Positions 19,594 through 31,047 of a DNA stretch of 64,000 nt are shown one piece after another. This DNA comes from Candidatus Multivoradales bacterium (GTDB taxonomy: Bacteria; Acidobacteriota; Thermoanaerobaculia; Multivoradales; Multivoraceae). The stretch spans positions 96,001 through 160,000 of the forward strand of contig CBDCWI010000002.1 in NCBI GenBank assembly GCA_965223325.1. The letters are read 5' to 3'. The translations under genes and the position numbers were made by a program. The notes below the pieces were generated by a model, which did no database searches, had not been told where the DNA came from, and saw nothing but the letters and a program-made list of their open reading frames with translations. Each line of letters begins with the position of its first letter. The first letter of the stretch is position 1.

Positions 19594-20286
19594 ATGACTG
19601 AGAAGCAGCATGAGAACGCGCGGGTCAGCGAGAAGCCCGGTGATGAGGCCCCAGGACTGGCCGGCGATGAAGCCTCCAAGGCCTCTTTGCCGTGGCTGGT
19701 TCTCGGCCTCGGTAATCCGGGGCTGGAGTATCGGGAGACCCGTCACAACCTGGGGTTCATGGTGGTGGAGGAGCTCGCGCGCCGCGACAATGTGGAACTG
19801 ATCTCCGGCCCCTGTTCGACCTTCTTTGCCTCGACCGCGTCCTTCGATCTTGCCCAACCGCAGGTCTACATGAACCGCAGTGGCCTCTCGCTGCGCTGCC
19901 TGGTGGAGCGCTCGGCTTATCCGGTCGATCAGGTTCTGGTCGTCTACGATGATGTTTCACTGCCCTTGGGAACGCTCAGACTGCGTGGTCGTGGTGGTCC
20001 GGGCGGTCATCGCGGCATGGAATCGGTGATCGAGAATCTGCGAACGTCCGACGTTGCCCGCCTTCGTCTGGGCATTGCCCCCGAAGAGGGTGCGCGCGAC
20101 GAGGGGAGCGGAGGCTTTAGAGGTGGGGGTAGAGACTCGGGCACAGACCTGGCAGAATTCGTCCTGCAACCCTTCGAGGAAGATGAGTGGACCGCCGTCG
20201 CTGCCCTGGTGCAGAAGGCAGCGGACGCCAGCCAGAGCTGGAGGTCGGAAGGCGTCCAGGTCGCGATGAATCGCTGGAACGGCTGA
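19594..20286 (+). CDS. pth: peptidyl-tRNA hydrolase
   Basis: GLGNPG..Y..TRHNLGF, YMNRSG, YDD, GGHRG, RLRLGI. Confidence 0.95.
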   Translation: MTEKQHENARVSEKPGDEAPGLAGDEASKASLPWLVLGLGNPGLEYRETRHNLGFMVVEELARRDNVELISGPCSTFFASTASFDLAQPQVYMNRSGLSLRCLVERSAYPVDQVLVVYDDVSLPLGTLRLRGRGGPGGHRGMESVIENLRTSDVARLRLGIAPEEGARDEGSGGFRGGGRDSGTDLAEFVLQPFEEDEWTAVAALVQKAADASQSWRSEGVQVAMNRWNG

Positions 20287-20509
20287 GCAGGGGTGGTGCT
20301 CTAGAGAGTTTGGCTCAGAGCTTCGGACTGGGCTGGCGCCGGGGGCTCGCGCCCGGCTGCTGCCAGAGGTTTGGCGGACTGAATCTCGGTAGCGCATGGC
20401 CCGAGCGGTCACCATCGCATGTTTTGAAACGAGAGCAATAAGAAATCACAGGTGAGGGAGTGTGCGGCCGGTGAGGCCGTGTCTCAGGATCTCGCCGGGA
20501 GGAAGAATT

Positions 20510-22600
<2,091 letters not shown>

Positions 22601-22612
22601 CGCAGCAGGTCT

Positions 22613-22643
22613 GGAGGCCGTCCCTCGAGCGGGGCGGCCTTCC
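22613..22643 (+). terminator. GC-rich hairpin after hppA
   Basis: GGAGGCCGTCCC...GGGGCGGCCTTCC, 12 nt after the stop. No U-tract, so terminator function is uncertain. Confidence 0.35.
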
Positions 22644-22952
22644 GTGCCGTGGGTCTTCGGTTGTGGCAAACCGCCGACGACTTGTCGTAGACTCTTCTGG
22701 TTTGCCGCCTGCCAGGTCTGGCCTGAATTGAAATCGGGATTCCTGAAAGGACCCTCTACCTATCGAGCGGTCTTGGGCGGTTGTTCGCTTGCCTCGGAGC
22801 GAGGTAGCGGACGGCGAGCGGAGGGGCAGTCGCCCTGCGGGACGGTCGATCAGCAAGACCGCGCTCTCTCCCGAGGGGTCGCAACGCCAGGGACCACGCT
22901 CGGGGCAGACTCAACATTCCTCCGCACCGATCGATGGAACCAGGACACCCAA

Positions 22953-23001
22953 CTCCGGAGCTCCCGAACGCCAAGCAACGCACCATGCGTCGAGCTCGGA
23001 G
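22953..23001 (+). promoter_or_regulatory. structured rpsF leader, candidate S6:S18 autoregulatory element
   Basis: Outer stem CTCC(G)GAGCTC / GAGCTCGGAG encloses an unpaired CCG and an inner ACGCA/TGCGT hairpin, ending ~25 nt before the rpsF start. Confidence 0.4.
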
Positions 23002-23025
23002 CAGGAACGTTAGAAGGAAGAAACT

Positions 23026-23397
23026 GTGAGGACTTACGAACTCGTTTTTGTCGCCGACCCGCGGCTCTCCGATGAGGAGGCCGTCGAGCTCGCCGACACC
23101 TACAAGGCCCAGATCGAAGCGGACAAGAAGTCCCGGGTCACCAAAGAAGAGAGCTGGGGGCGCAAGAAGCTCGCCTACCCGATCAACAAGCTGACCGAAG
23201 GTCGCTACCACCTCTACTACATCGATGCGCCGGGAGACAACGGTCTCGCCGAAGTCGAGCAACGCCTGCGCCAGAACGACAAGGTGCTTCGTCACCTGGT
23301 CGTGCGCACCGACCTCGACCTGAAGCGTGCGGCCGCCAAGGGTAAACCGCCACGTGAACCACAAGAGGGCGACGAGCCCGAGAAGAAGTCCGCCTGA
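23026..23397 (+). CDS. rpsF: 30S ribosomal protein bS6
   Basis: MRTYELVF, WGRKKLAYPINK, VLRHL. Confidence 0.96.
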   Translation: MRTYELVFVADPRLSDEEAVELADTYKAQIEADKKSRVTKEESWGRKKLAYPINKLTEGRYHLYYIDAPGDNGLAEVEQRLRQNDKVLRHLVVRTDLDLKRAAAKGKPPREPQEGDEPEKKSA

Positions 23398-23419
23398 GGC
23401 GGCTCAGGAGAACTGAACC

Positions 23420-23650
23420 ATGGCAAGACGCCGTACATTCTTTCGCCGCCGCAAGGTCTGCAAGTTCTGTGTCGATGGGCTCGAGTACGTCGACTACAAA
23501 GACATCGCGCTGCTCAAGCAGTACACGCCGGAGCGGGCCAAGATCCTGCCGCGCCGCATTTCGGGTACCTGCTCGCGTCATCAGCGACTGCTGGCATCGG
23601 CGATCCACCGGGCGCGTCAACTGGCACTGCTTCCCTTCGTTTCGGACTGA
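23420..23650 (+). CDS. rpsR: 30S ribosomal protein bS18 (Zn-binding C+ form)
   Basis: [37 protein letters not shown]. Confidence 0.97.
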   Translation: MARRRTFFRRRKVCKFCVDGLEYVDYKDIALLKQYTPERAKILPRRISGTCSRHQRLLASAIHRARQLALLPFVSD

Positions 23651-23775
23651 GAAACGCCTCGAGTCCTTTTCGCGAAATGGCGCCCGGAACGGCGCGTCGC
23701 AACCAAAGCAACTCCGACAGAGATTTCGCCGCGCCTCGAGCGTCCCCACGGACCGCGCGGCTCAGGTAGGGAACC

Positions 23776-24225
23776 ATGGAAGTCATTCTGCTCACCGATA
23801 TTCGCAGCCAGGGTCGTCGTGGCGAAGTCATCAACGTCAAACCAGGCTACGCCCGTAACTACCTCATGCCGAAGGGCATGGCCTTGCCTGCCACGAAAGG
23901 CAACCGGCACTGGTTCGAGGAACAGCGCACGAAGATCGAAGCGCGCCTCAATCAGGAACGGGACGCCGCTGCTCTGGCCGGCGCCGAGATCCAGGGCACG
24001 GTCATTGAGATCGCCAAGCGTGCCGGCGAGACCGAGACGCTCTACGGTTCGGTCACCCCCTACGAGATCATGGAGGCGCTGGCAGAGCGTGGCATCAAAG
24101 TGTCGCGTTCTCAGCTCGACCTCGCGGGCGGCATCAAGACCCTCGGCGAGCACCCGGTTGGTGTCGATCTTCACACCGAGGTCACCGCCGAGATCATCGT
24201 TCGAGTGATTCCGGCAAGCGGCTAA
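23776..24225 (+). CDS. rplI: 50S ribosomal protein bL9
   Basis: MEVIL, VKPGYARNYL, LYGSVT, IKTLGEH. Confidence 0.97.
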   Translation: MEVILLTDIRSQGRRGEVINVKPGYARNYLMPKGMALPATKGNRHWFEEQRTKIEARLNQERDAAALAGAEIQGTVIEIAKRAGETETLYGSVTPYEIMEALAERGIKVSRSQLDLAGGIKTLGEHPVGVDLHTEVTAEIIVRVIPASG

Positions 24226-24233
24226 GGCGAGCG

Positions 24234-25445
24234 GTGGAAGACCGGTCTCCTGCGGCCACCGGCGCACCACCGACCGGTGCCCCGGCGGGCCGTTCTGTCG
24301 AGGACTTTCTCGGCGAGCCGACACGTCGTTTCGAAGATTGGCGCTGGCTTTTCGAACAGGACGAGAGCTTTCCGATCCGCAGCCACCGGGGGCTCTTCGG
24401 TTCGCTGGTGGTGGCCTGGAAGCGCATGCTGCGGCCGTTGGTCGTCACTCCTCAGCGTGACCTGTGGGAGCGTCAGCGGATCTTCAATCTGATCGCGCTC
24501 GAGCATCTCGAGCGGCAAGCGCAGCGGCTCGACCACCGCGAAGCGCTTCTCGAAAAGGGCCTCGCCGAAATCATGCGGCACACCGACGCGCTGTACTCGC
24601 GAGTCGATCAGAAGCTCGACGCCCTGAGGCGCGAGTCGAGCGACCACTCTGCGCGTCTGCGGGCCGCTCTTGCATTGGTTGAGGCGGGTGAAGTCGATGC
24701 TGCCGGCGCGCTCCGGCGGGCGGAGGACGAAACCGACTATCGGCAGCTCGAAGAGCGGTACCGCGGCAGTCGCGAGGTCATCGAAGCGCGGGTCAGAACG
24801 CACCTGGACCGGCTCGCCGGATGCACACGGGTTCTCGACCTCGGCTGCGGCCGAGGAGAGGCCCTGGCTGTCCTCGCCGCCGCTGGCAAGGATGCGCTGG
24901 GGGTCGACAGCAGTGAGGAAATGGTGCGCGCATGTCGGGCCGAGGGGCTCGAGGCCGAGGTCTCGGATCTCTTCGAGTACCTCTCTGGGCAAGAGGCCGA
25001 GAGCTTCGATGCCGTGGTGTCGTTTCATGTCATCGAGCATTTGCCGACCGATCGGCTCGATGGGTTGCTGCGCCTCGCCTGGAGGGTGCTCCGGCCCGGC
25101 GGGGTCTTGCTGCTCGAGACGCCAAGCCCCCTCAGTCTGGTGGCTGGGGCGCGCAACTTCTGGCTCGACCCGACCCACATTCGTCCAGTGCATCCCCAGT
25201 GGTTGGCTTTTGCCTACGAGCGCGCCGGCTTCGATGACATCGAGCGCATCGACTGCAACCCGTTCGCGGACGGCGATCGACTACCCGAGCTCGGCCGACG
25301 AGAAGATGGCGAGCTCGACGAGCACAGTCAGAGGATCCTCGATCGGCTTGGTCGCCTGCGGGATCGGCTCGACGATCTGCTCTTCGGTGCCCAGGACTAC
25401 GCGCTCTTCGGCCGCCGGGGCGGGAGTTCTTCAGGAAGCCCCTAG
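24234..25445 (+). CDS. class I SAM-dependent methyltransferase with N-terminal coiled coil
   Basis: EERYRGSRE, VLDLGCGRGE, SFHVIEHL, LRPGG..LETP, FWLDPTH. Confidence 0.85.
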   Translation: MEDRSPAATGAPPTGAPAGRSVEDFLGEPTRRFEDWRWLFEQDESFPIRSHRGLFGSLVVAWKRMLRPLVVTPQRDLWERQRIFNLIALEHLERQAQRLDHREALLEKGLAEIMRHTDALYSRVDQKLDALRRESSDHSARLRAALALVEAGEVDAAGALRRAEDETDYRQLEERYRGSREVIEARVRTHLDRLAGCTRVLDLGCGRGEALAVLAAAGKDALGVDSSEEMVRACRAEGLEAEVSDLFEYLSGQEAESFDAVVSFHVIEHLPTDRLDGLLRLAWRVLRPGGVLLLETPSPLSLVAGARNFWLDPTHIRPVHPQWLAFAYERAGFDDIERIDCNPFADGDRLPELGRREDGELDEHSQRILDRLGRLRDRLDDLLFGAQDYALFGRRGGSSSGSP

Positions 25446-28417
25446 GAACCTGCCCGGGCTTCGCGTTCTTCTTCGACCAGGCTCCAGTCTTCAATGTCCT
25501 CTGGCATGTGCTCACCCTCTTTGGCCAGGCCATAGAAGGGGCGCTGCTGGTACCAGGGCAGGCCGAGGATCTGAAGCCAACGGGCTTCGTACTGGATCGT
25601 CGGTTCGGTGCCGGCGATGAACGCCTCCTCGACTGCGTTGGGCGAGGCCTCCGTCGCCAAGAGGCCGGTGTCGTGATCGACCCAGCGCTTGGTGATCTTG
25701 CCCGGGACCACGAAGCGCTCGCCGCGGGTGATCCAGCCCTCTTCGATGCCGCGTTCGAAGATCGCCTTCCAGATCGGTAGCGCCGCAGCAGCGCCGGTCA
25801 TGTTGCGCCCGATCGAGCGCTTCTTGTCGTAGCCGACCCAGACCACCAGGGTGTAGGACGGCGAGAAGCCGGCGAACCAGGCGTCGGTGTAGCCGTCGGT
25901 GGTGCCGGTCTTGCCGGCGAGGTCGAGGTCGAGGCCGGCAACCAGCCGCCCGGTCCCTCGATCGATGACGCCTTCGAGCATGCTGGTCAGAACGTAGGCG
26001 ACCTCGGGCTCCATTGCCTGACTGGCACGTGGCGAGTGCTGCTCGAGGAGGCGGCCGGACTGGGTGGCGACCGACTCGATCAGGTAGGGCTCGACGTAGA
26101 AGCCCTGATTGGCAATCGAGGCGTAGGCACCGGCGAGCTCGAGTGGCGACAGCTCGATCACCCCGAGCGCCAGGCTGGCGTAGGGCTGGAGCTCGGTGCT
26201 GATGCCGGCGCGCTTTGAGAAATCGATCACCCGGTCGGCCCCGATCATTTCCTGGATCTTGACCGCCGTGACGTTGGCTGACTTCTCGAGCGCCTTGCGC
26301 AGGGTCAGGATGCCGTGGTAGGTGCGGTAGAAGTTTCGCGGACTGTAGTTCGGTGTGCCATCTGCGCCAGCGAACACCACCGGGGCGTCGAACAGCGTGT
26401 CGGCGGCGGTGTAGCCGTTCTCGAGCGCGGCGCCGTAGACGAAGGGCTTGTAGGCCGAGCCCACCTGACGACGCGCCTGTGAAGCGCGGTTGAACTCGTT
26501 GCGCTCGAAGCTCCAGCCGCCAACCATCGCGCGCACTGCTCCGGAAGACGACTCGAGCAGAACGCCAGCGGCCTCGAGCTCGGGTTCCTGGGTGAGGTTG
26601 ATGGTCAGCTTGGCAGGATCGATCGAAAGAGCGGCGGCGGGATCGTTTTCGCCGGTGGATGCGTCCTCGGTGGCGGCCGTCGCCGAGGCTGGCTCGGGCG
26701 GCGGTCCGAACTCGAACCACGCGATGTCGCCCGGCGAAAGCACCCGGTCGGCGTTGGCCTGACGAGTCCACTTGTAGCCTGCGGACTCGAGGGTGTAGTG
26801 GTGGTCGCCTATGCGAACGGTCGCCGTCTTGCGGTCAGTCGCCAGCACCACGCCCTGGGCCCAGGTCCCGGGCAGGGGTTCGAGAGACGGCCAGCTCGTC
26901 AGCTCGTGATCGGCGGGCTCGATGCCGTCGGGGACCTGGTCTGGAGCGCCACGCCAGCCCTTCCTACGGTCCAGCGACAAGAGCCCGGCTCGCACGGCGT
27001 CTTCCATGGCCCGCTGGGCATCGGCGTGCAGGGTCGTTCGTACCTGCAGGCCGCGCTCGTAGAGGCTCTTTTCGCCAAAACGTTCGTAGAGGTAGCGCCG
27101 AACCTCCTCGGAGAAGTAGTCGCCCATCTGCGCTTTGGGGCGGAAGCGAACGACCTCGAGCGGTACCAGGACGGCAGCGTCGTGCTCCTCTTTGGTGACA
27201 TAGCCCTCGGCGAGCATCTGGGCGATGACGCGGTCGCGGCGGGCACGGATGAGGTCGGGCTTCTGGCGCGGGCTCCAATGACTGGGGCGGGGCAGGATGG
27301 CGACCAGCGTCGCCGCCTCGGGCACCGTGAGGTCGCGGGCGTTCTTTCCGAAGTAGTCGCGCGAGGCGGCTTCGATCCCGTAGTTGCCGTCGCCCATGTT
27401 CATCAGGTTGGCGTAGAGCGTCAGAATCTGCTGTTTCGTGAACTTGTCTTCGAGCTCGGTCGCGAGCACCGCCTGGTTGATCTTGCGTCGCCAGGTTTTC
27501 TCAGGGCTCAAGAACAACTGCTTGGCGAGCTGCATGGTGATCGTCGAGGCGCCCTGTCCGCGGGTGCCGGTGATCATGTTGCTGAGCATGGCGCGCGGAA
27601 TGCCCAGGACGTCGATCCCTCCGTGACTGTAGAAGTTCTTGTCTTCCATCGCCAGCAGGGCATCGATGAAGACCTGCGGAACCTCGCCGTCCCTGAGCAT
27701 CACGCGGCGTTCGTGCGAGTGATAGGTGCGAATCTGCCGGCCCTGAGCGTCGTGCACGCGGGTGATCACCGCCGGGGCGAGATCAGAGATCGACTCCACA
27801 TCTGGAATGTGAATCGAAGCCGCAACCAGGGCGCCGGTAATGCCACCCAGAACGAGCGCCAGGAGGGCGGGCACGACCCAGCGCCGCAGGATGCGCTGGC
27901 CGGTCGAGGGCGCGGTGGCGGCGCTGGCGCTGCCCGCATTGGGGTCGCGTCGCCTCCGGGGGCTGGTGGTGGTTTGGCGCTCGGGCCCAGGTCCGCCGGT
28001 CGACTCTCCGGAGCGGCGGTTGGTGCGCACGCGAATAGGCCCCGGTCCGGTGCTCTTCCCACGCTCTAGAGGTTGATCGCCGACGTTTGGTGCGCTCCCG
28101 GGGGAAGCGAGCCCATCCGAGGCCGACCCGTTCGAGGTCGGTTCGCGGGGGAGGTCGGCCGACTCGGCAGTCGCGCTCTGTCGCGGAGTTCGTGGTGTCG
28201 ACGTCTGTGGCGTCGAGTCCTGTGGCATGGACTCCGGCGTCTCTTCTGGCGGGAGGCCCACGGGCGCGGGCGCTCGCTCGATCGATTCGCTCGCTCCGTT
28301 CGCCGCGCTCAGGTGGGTGGGGTCGGTGGCTGTCGCTTCCGCTGTGCGCTCGAGAGAACCGTCCTCTGAAGCGTCCCCTGGGTCGATTCGTTTGCCGTCT
28401 GGCGCATCGTTTTCCAC
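25442..28417 (-). CDS. class A penicillin-binding protein (PBP1A family) with long disordered N-terminus
   Basis: Transglycosylase motifs EDKNFYSHGG and GASTITMQL; transpeptidase motifs SAYK, SAN, KTG; single TM. GTG at 28417 was chosen because CATACT lies 6 nt upstream. ATG at 28228 is an alternative start. Confidence 0.92.
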   Translation of the reverse strand: MENDAPDGKRIDPGDASEDGSLERTAEATATDPTHLSAANGASESIERAPAPVGLPPEETPESMPQDSTPQTSTPRTPRQSATAESADLPREPTSNGSASDGLASPGSAPNVGDQPLERGKSTGPGPIRVRTNRRSGESTGGPGPERQTTTSPRRRRDPNAGSASAATAPSTGQRILRRWVVPALLALVLGGITGALVAASIHIPDVESISDLAPAVITRVHDAQGRQIRTYHSHERRVMLRDGEVPQVFIDALLAMEDKNFYSHGGIDVLGIPRAMLSNMITGTRGQGASTITMQLAKQLFLSPEKTWRRKINQAVLATELEDKFTKQQILTLYANLMNMGDGNYGIEAASRDYFGKNARDLTVPEAATLVAILPRPSHWSPRQKPDLIRARRDRVIAQMLAEGYVTKEEHDAAVLVPLEVVRFRPKAQMGDYFSEEVRRYLYERFGEKSLYERGLQVRTTLHADAQRAMEDAVRAGLLSLDRRKGWRGAPDQVPDGIEPADHELTSWPSLEPLPGTWAQGVVLATDRKTATVRIGDHHYTLESAGYKWTRQANADRVLSPGDIAWFEFGPPPEPASATAATEDASTGENDPAAALSIDPAKLTINLTQEPELEAAGVLLESSSGAVRAMVGGWSFERNEFNRASQARRQVGSAYKPFVYGAALENGYTAADTLFDAPVVFAGADGTPNYSPRNFYRTYHGILTLRKALEKSANVTAVKIQEMIGADRVIDFSKRAGISTELQPYASLALGVIELSPLELAGAYASIANQGFYVEPYLIESVATQSGRLLEQHSPRASQAMEPEVAYVLTSMLEGVIDRGTGRLVAGLDLDLAGKTGTTDGYTDAWFAGFSPSYTLVVWVGYDKKRSIGRNMTGAAAALPIWKAIFERGIEEGWITRGERFVVPGKITKRWVDHDTGLLATEASPNAVEEAFIAGTEPTIQYEARWLQILGLPWYQQRPFYGLAKEGEHMPEDIEDWSLVEEEREARAGS

Positions 28418-28523
28418 CCACGAAGTATGCCACGCGGTCGACCTTCCTTGCCGAGGCTCGCCCGTCTTCGGGGGCGCGGGAATGTCCCCCCAACCGAGGT
28501 CCAGTGGCCGATAGAGTGCCGCC

Positions 28524-29027
28524 ATGGATCGTCCAAGCGATGCCGAAATCCCCCCGATCCCAGAGCCCTTCACGCCGATTGGGCCGGAGCTTCCTGCGCC
28601 CGGCCCCAGCGGCTGTGGACTACCCATGCTGGTGGGTTGCGGCGTGCTCACCCTGGTTGCACTGGTGATGGCGGTTGTGGTGACGGTCAACGCACCGAGG
28701 TTGGTCGCCTGGGCCTTCGAGCAGTCACGGATCGTGGTCTTCGACGCTCTGCCCGAGGACATGCCGGCCGAGGAGCGGCGTGAGCTCGAGCGGGTGTGGG
28801 CAGAGACGGTGCGCGGCATGCAAGAGCAACGCATCCCTGCCGAGCGGTGGGCCGAGATCCAGTCCGCGATTCAGAGGGCGGTCGAACAGGCCCGCGACGA
28901 CAAGCTCACGCGGGAAGACGCGGCACGACTGACCGCCGACCTGCAAGCGGTCCTCGAGAGTGCGAAGCCTTCGGTCAACGCTTCGCGCGGGTCACCGAGA
29001 GAAAGAAGGGGCGGCTCGCGTGGCTGA
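28524..29027 (+). CDS. hypothetical single-pass membrane protein
   Basis: GC-x6-GC motif followed by a TM helix and a helical domain. Overlaps the uvrB start. TAGAGT lies 6 nt before the ATG. Confidence 0.7.
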   Translation: MDRPSDAEIPPIPEPFTPIGPELPAPGPSGCGLPMLVGCGVLTLVALVMAVVVTVNAPRLVAWAFEQSRIVVFDALPEDMPAEERRELERVWAETVRGMQEQRIPAERWAEIQSAIQRAVEQARDDKLTREDAARLTADLQAVLESAKPSVNASRGSPRERRGGSRG

Positions 29028-31008
29028 GCGTTTTCGCATCGTTTCGCCGCTCGAGCCGCAGGGCGACCAGCCCCAAGCGATTCGGGAGCTGAGCGAAGGT
29101 GTGCTGGCGGGTACCAACGAGCAGGTTCTGCTCGGGGTGACCGGCTCCGGCAAGACGTTTACCGCCGCCAAGCTGGTCGAAGCCGTCAACCGGCCGACCC
29201 TCGTGTTGTCGCACAACAAGACGCTCGCGGCGCAGCTCTACCAGGAGTTCAAGAGCTTCTTTCCCGAGAACGCGGTCGAGTACTTCGTCTCCTACTACGA
29301 CTACTACCAGCCCGAAGCCTACGTTCCCCAGAGTGACACCTATATCGAGAAAGAAACCTCGATCAACGACGAGATCGATCGTTTGCGACTCCGGACGACG
29401 ACTTCGCTCGCCGAGCGGCGCGACGTGCTGATCGTTGCCTCGGTGTCGTGCATCTACGGCCTCGGTTCGCCGGCGGCCTTCTATGGCATGTTGCACTTCT
29501 TCGAGGTAGGTCGCGATGAAGCGATGGAGAAGGCCCTCCGTCAGCTGATCGAGATGCAGTATGAGCGCACCCGGCTCGATCTCTTTCACGGCAGCTTTCG
29601 GGTGCGTGGAGACGTGCTGGAGATCCTGCCTGCGTACGACGACCGCGGAATCCGCATTGAGTACTTTGGCGACGAGATCGAGGCGATCTCGCGCTTCGAC
29701 GTGTTGACGGGTTCGGTCGCCGAGCGCCTCCAGAAGGTGCCGATCTACCCGCGGCGTCACTACGTCACCCCTCAGGAGACGCTGCTACGGGCGATTCGCA
29801 CGATCGAAGAAGAGCTGGCAGAACGTCTGGCCGAGCTGCACTCCGAAGACAAGCTGCTCGAGATGCAGCGCCTCGAGCAGCGCACGCGTTTCGATCTCGA
29901 GATGCTGCGCGAGACCGGCACTTGCCACGGCATCGAGAACTACTCGCGTCACCTCACCGGTCTCGCGCCGGGCCAGCCGCCGCCGACCTTGATCGACTAC
30001 CTACCTGACGATTTCCTCCTCTTGATCGACGAGAGCCATCAGACGGTGCCCCAGGTACGCGGTATGTACAACGGTGATCGGGCGCGCAAGGAGGTCCTCG
30101 TTGAGTATGGCTTTCGCCTGCCGAGTGCGCTCGACAACCGGCCGCTGCGCTTCGAGGAATTTGAAGAACGCGTCGACCAGCGGCTCTACATCTCGGCCAC
30201 TCCCGGCCCCTTCGAGCTCGATCGAACCGGCGGCGTGTTCGTCGAACAGGTCATCCGGCCGACAGGTCTGCTCGACCCGCCGATCGACGTGCGCCCCTCG
30301 CGCGGGCAGATCGACGACCTGGTGGACGAGATCCGACAGGTGACTGAGCGCGATGAGCGTGTCCTGGTGACGACCTTGACCAAGCGGATGGCCGAGGAGC
30401 TCACCCAGTACCTCACCGAGCTGGGCATCCGGGTGCGCTATCTACATAGCGACATCGTGACGCTCGAGCGGGTCGAGATCACCGCCGGTTTGCGACGTGG
30501 AGACTTCGACGTTCTGGTGGGGATCAACCTCCTGCGTGAAGGCTTGGACCTACCCGAAGTCTCGCTGGTGGCGATCATCGATGCCGACAAGGAAGGCTTT
30601 CTGCGCAGCGAGACCTCCCTGGTCCAGACCGTCGGGCGGGCGGCACGCAATCTCAATGGTCGAGTGATCTTCTACGCCGACAAAGTGACCGGTTCGATGC
30701 AGCATGCGATCGACGAAACGCGTCGTCGCCGCGAGAAGCAGACCGCCTACAACCAGGAGCACGGTATCGAGCCGGCGACGATTCTCAAGGAGATTCACAA
30801 CCCGATGGTGCAGATGGCGAACCTCGACTACGCGGCGGACGCAGCGACGCCACTCGTCGAGCTGTCCGAGGCTTCCCACCTGCCGTTGCGCAAGCGCATC
30901 GAAGCGGTGGAGAAGGCCATGCGCGAAGCCTCACGCCGGCTCGAGTTCGAACAGGCCGCCGTCTACCGTGACCAGCTCAAGCGGCTCAACGAACAGAAGG
31001 TGATCTGA
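29020..31008 (+). CDS. uvrB: excinuclease ABC subunit B
   Basis: [44 protein letters not shown]-terminal UVR domain. Confidence 0.98.
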   Translation: MAERFRIVSPLEPQGDQPQAIRELSEGVLAGTNEQVLLGVTGSGKTFTAAKLVEAVNRPTLVLSHNKTLAAQLYQEFKSFFPENAVEYFVSYYDYYQPEAYVPQSDTYIEKETSINDEIDRLRLRTTTSLAERRDVLIVASVSCIYGLGSPAAFYGMLHFFEVGRDEAMEKALRQLIEMQYERTRLDLFHGSFRVRGDVLEILPAYDDRGIRIEYFGDEIEAISRFDVLTGSVAERLQKVPIYPRRHYVTPQETLLRAIRTIEEELAERLAELHSEDKLLEMQRLEQRTRFDLEMLRETGTCHGIENYSRHLTGLAPGQPPPTLIDYLPDDFLLLIDESHQTVPQVRGMYNGDRARKEVLVEYGFRLPSALDNRPLRFEEFEERVDQRLYISATPGPFELDRTGGVFVEQVIRPTGLLDPPIDVRPSRGQIDDLVDEIRQVTERDERVLVTTLTKRMAEELTQYLTELGIRVRYLHSDIVTLERVEITAGLRRGDFDVLVGINLLREGLDLPEVSLVAIIDADKEGFLRSETSLVQTVGRAARNLNGRVIFYADKVTGSMQHAIDETRRRREKQTAYNQEHGIEPATILKEIHNPMVQMANLDYAADAATPLVELSEASHLPLRKRIEAVEKAMREASRRLEFEQAAVYRDQLKRLNEQKVI

Positions 31009-31047
31009 GGGCCGCACTCGGCTGCGACAGTCGGCTAACCTCTGTCC

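Noticed and set aside
23398-23419. Absence of ssb between rpsF and rpsR as a novelty
   Set aside because: ssb is present at 10433, and rpsF-rpsR-rplI without ssb is a common arrangement.
28418-28834. ORF-track N-terminal extension of PBP1A to 1130 aa
   Set aside because: It overlaps the divergent gene at 28524, and a better-supported start lies at 28417.
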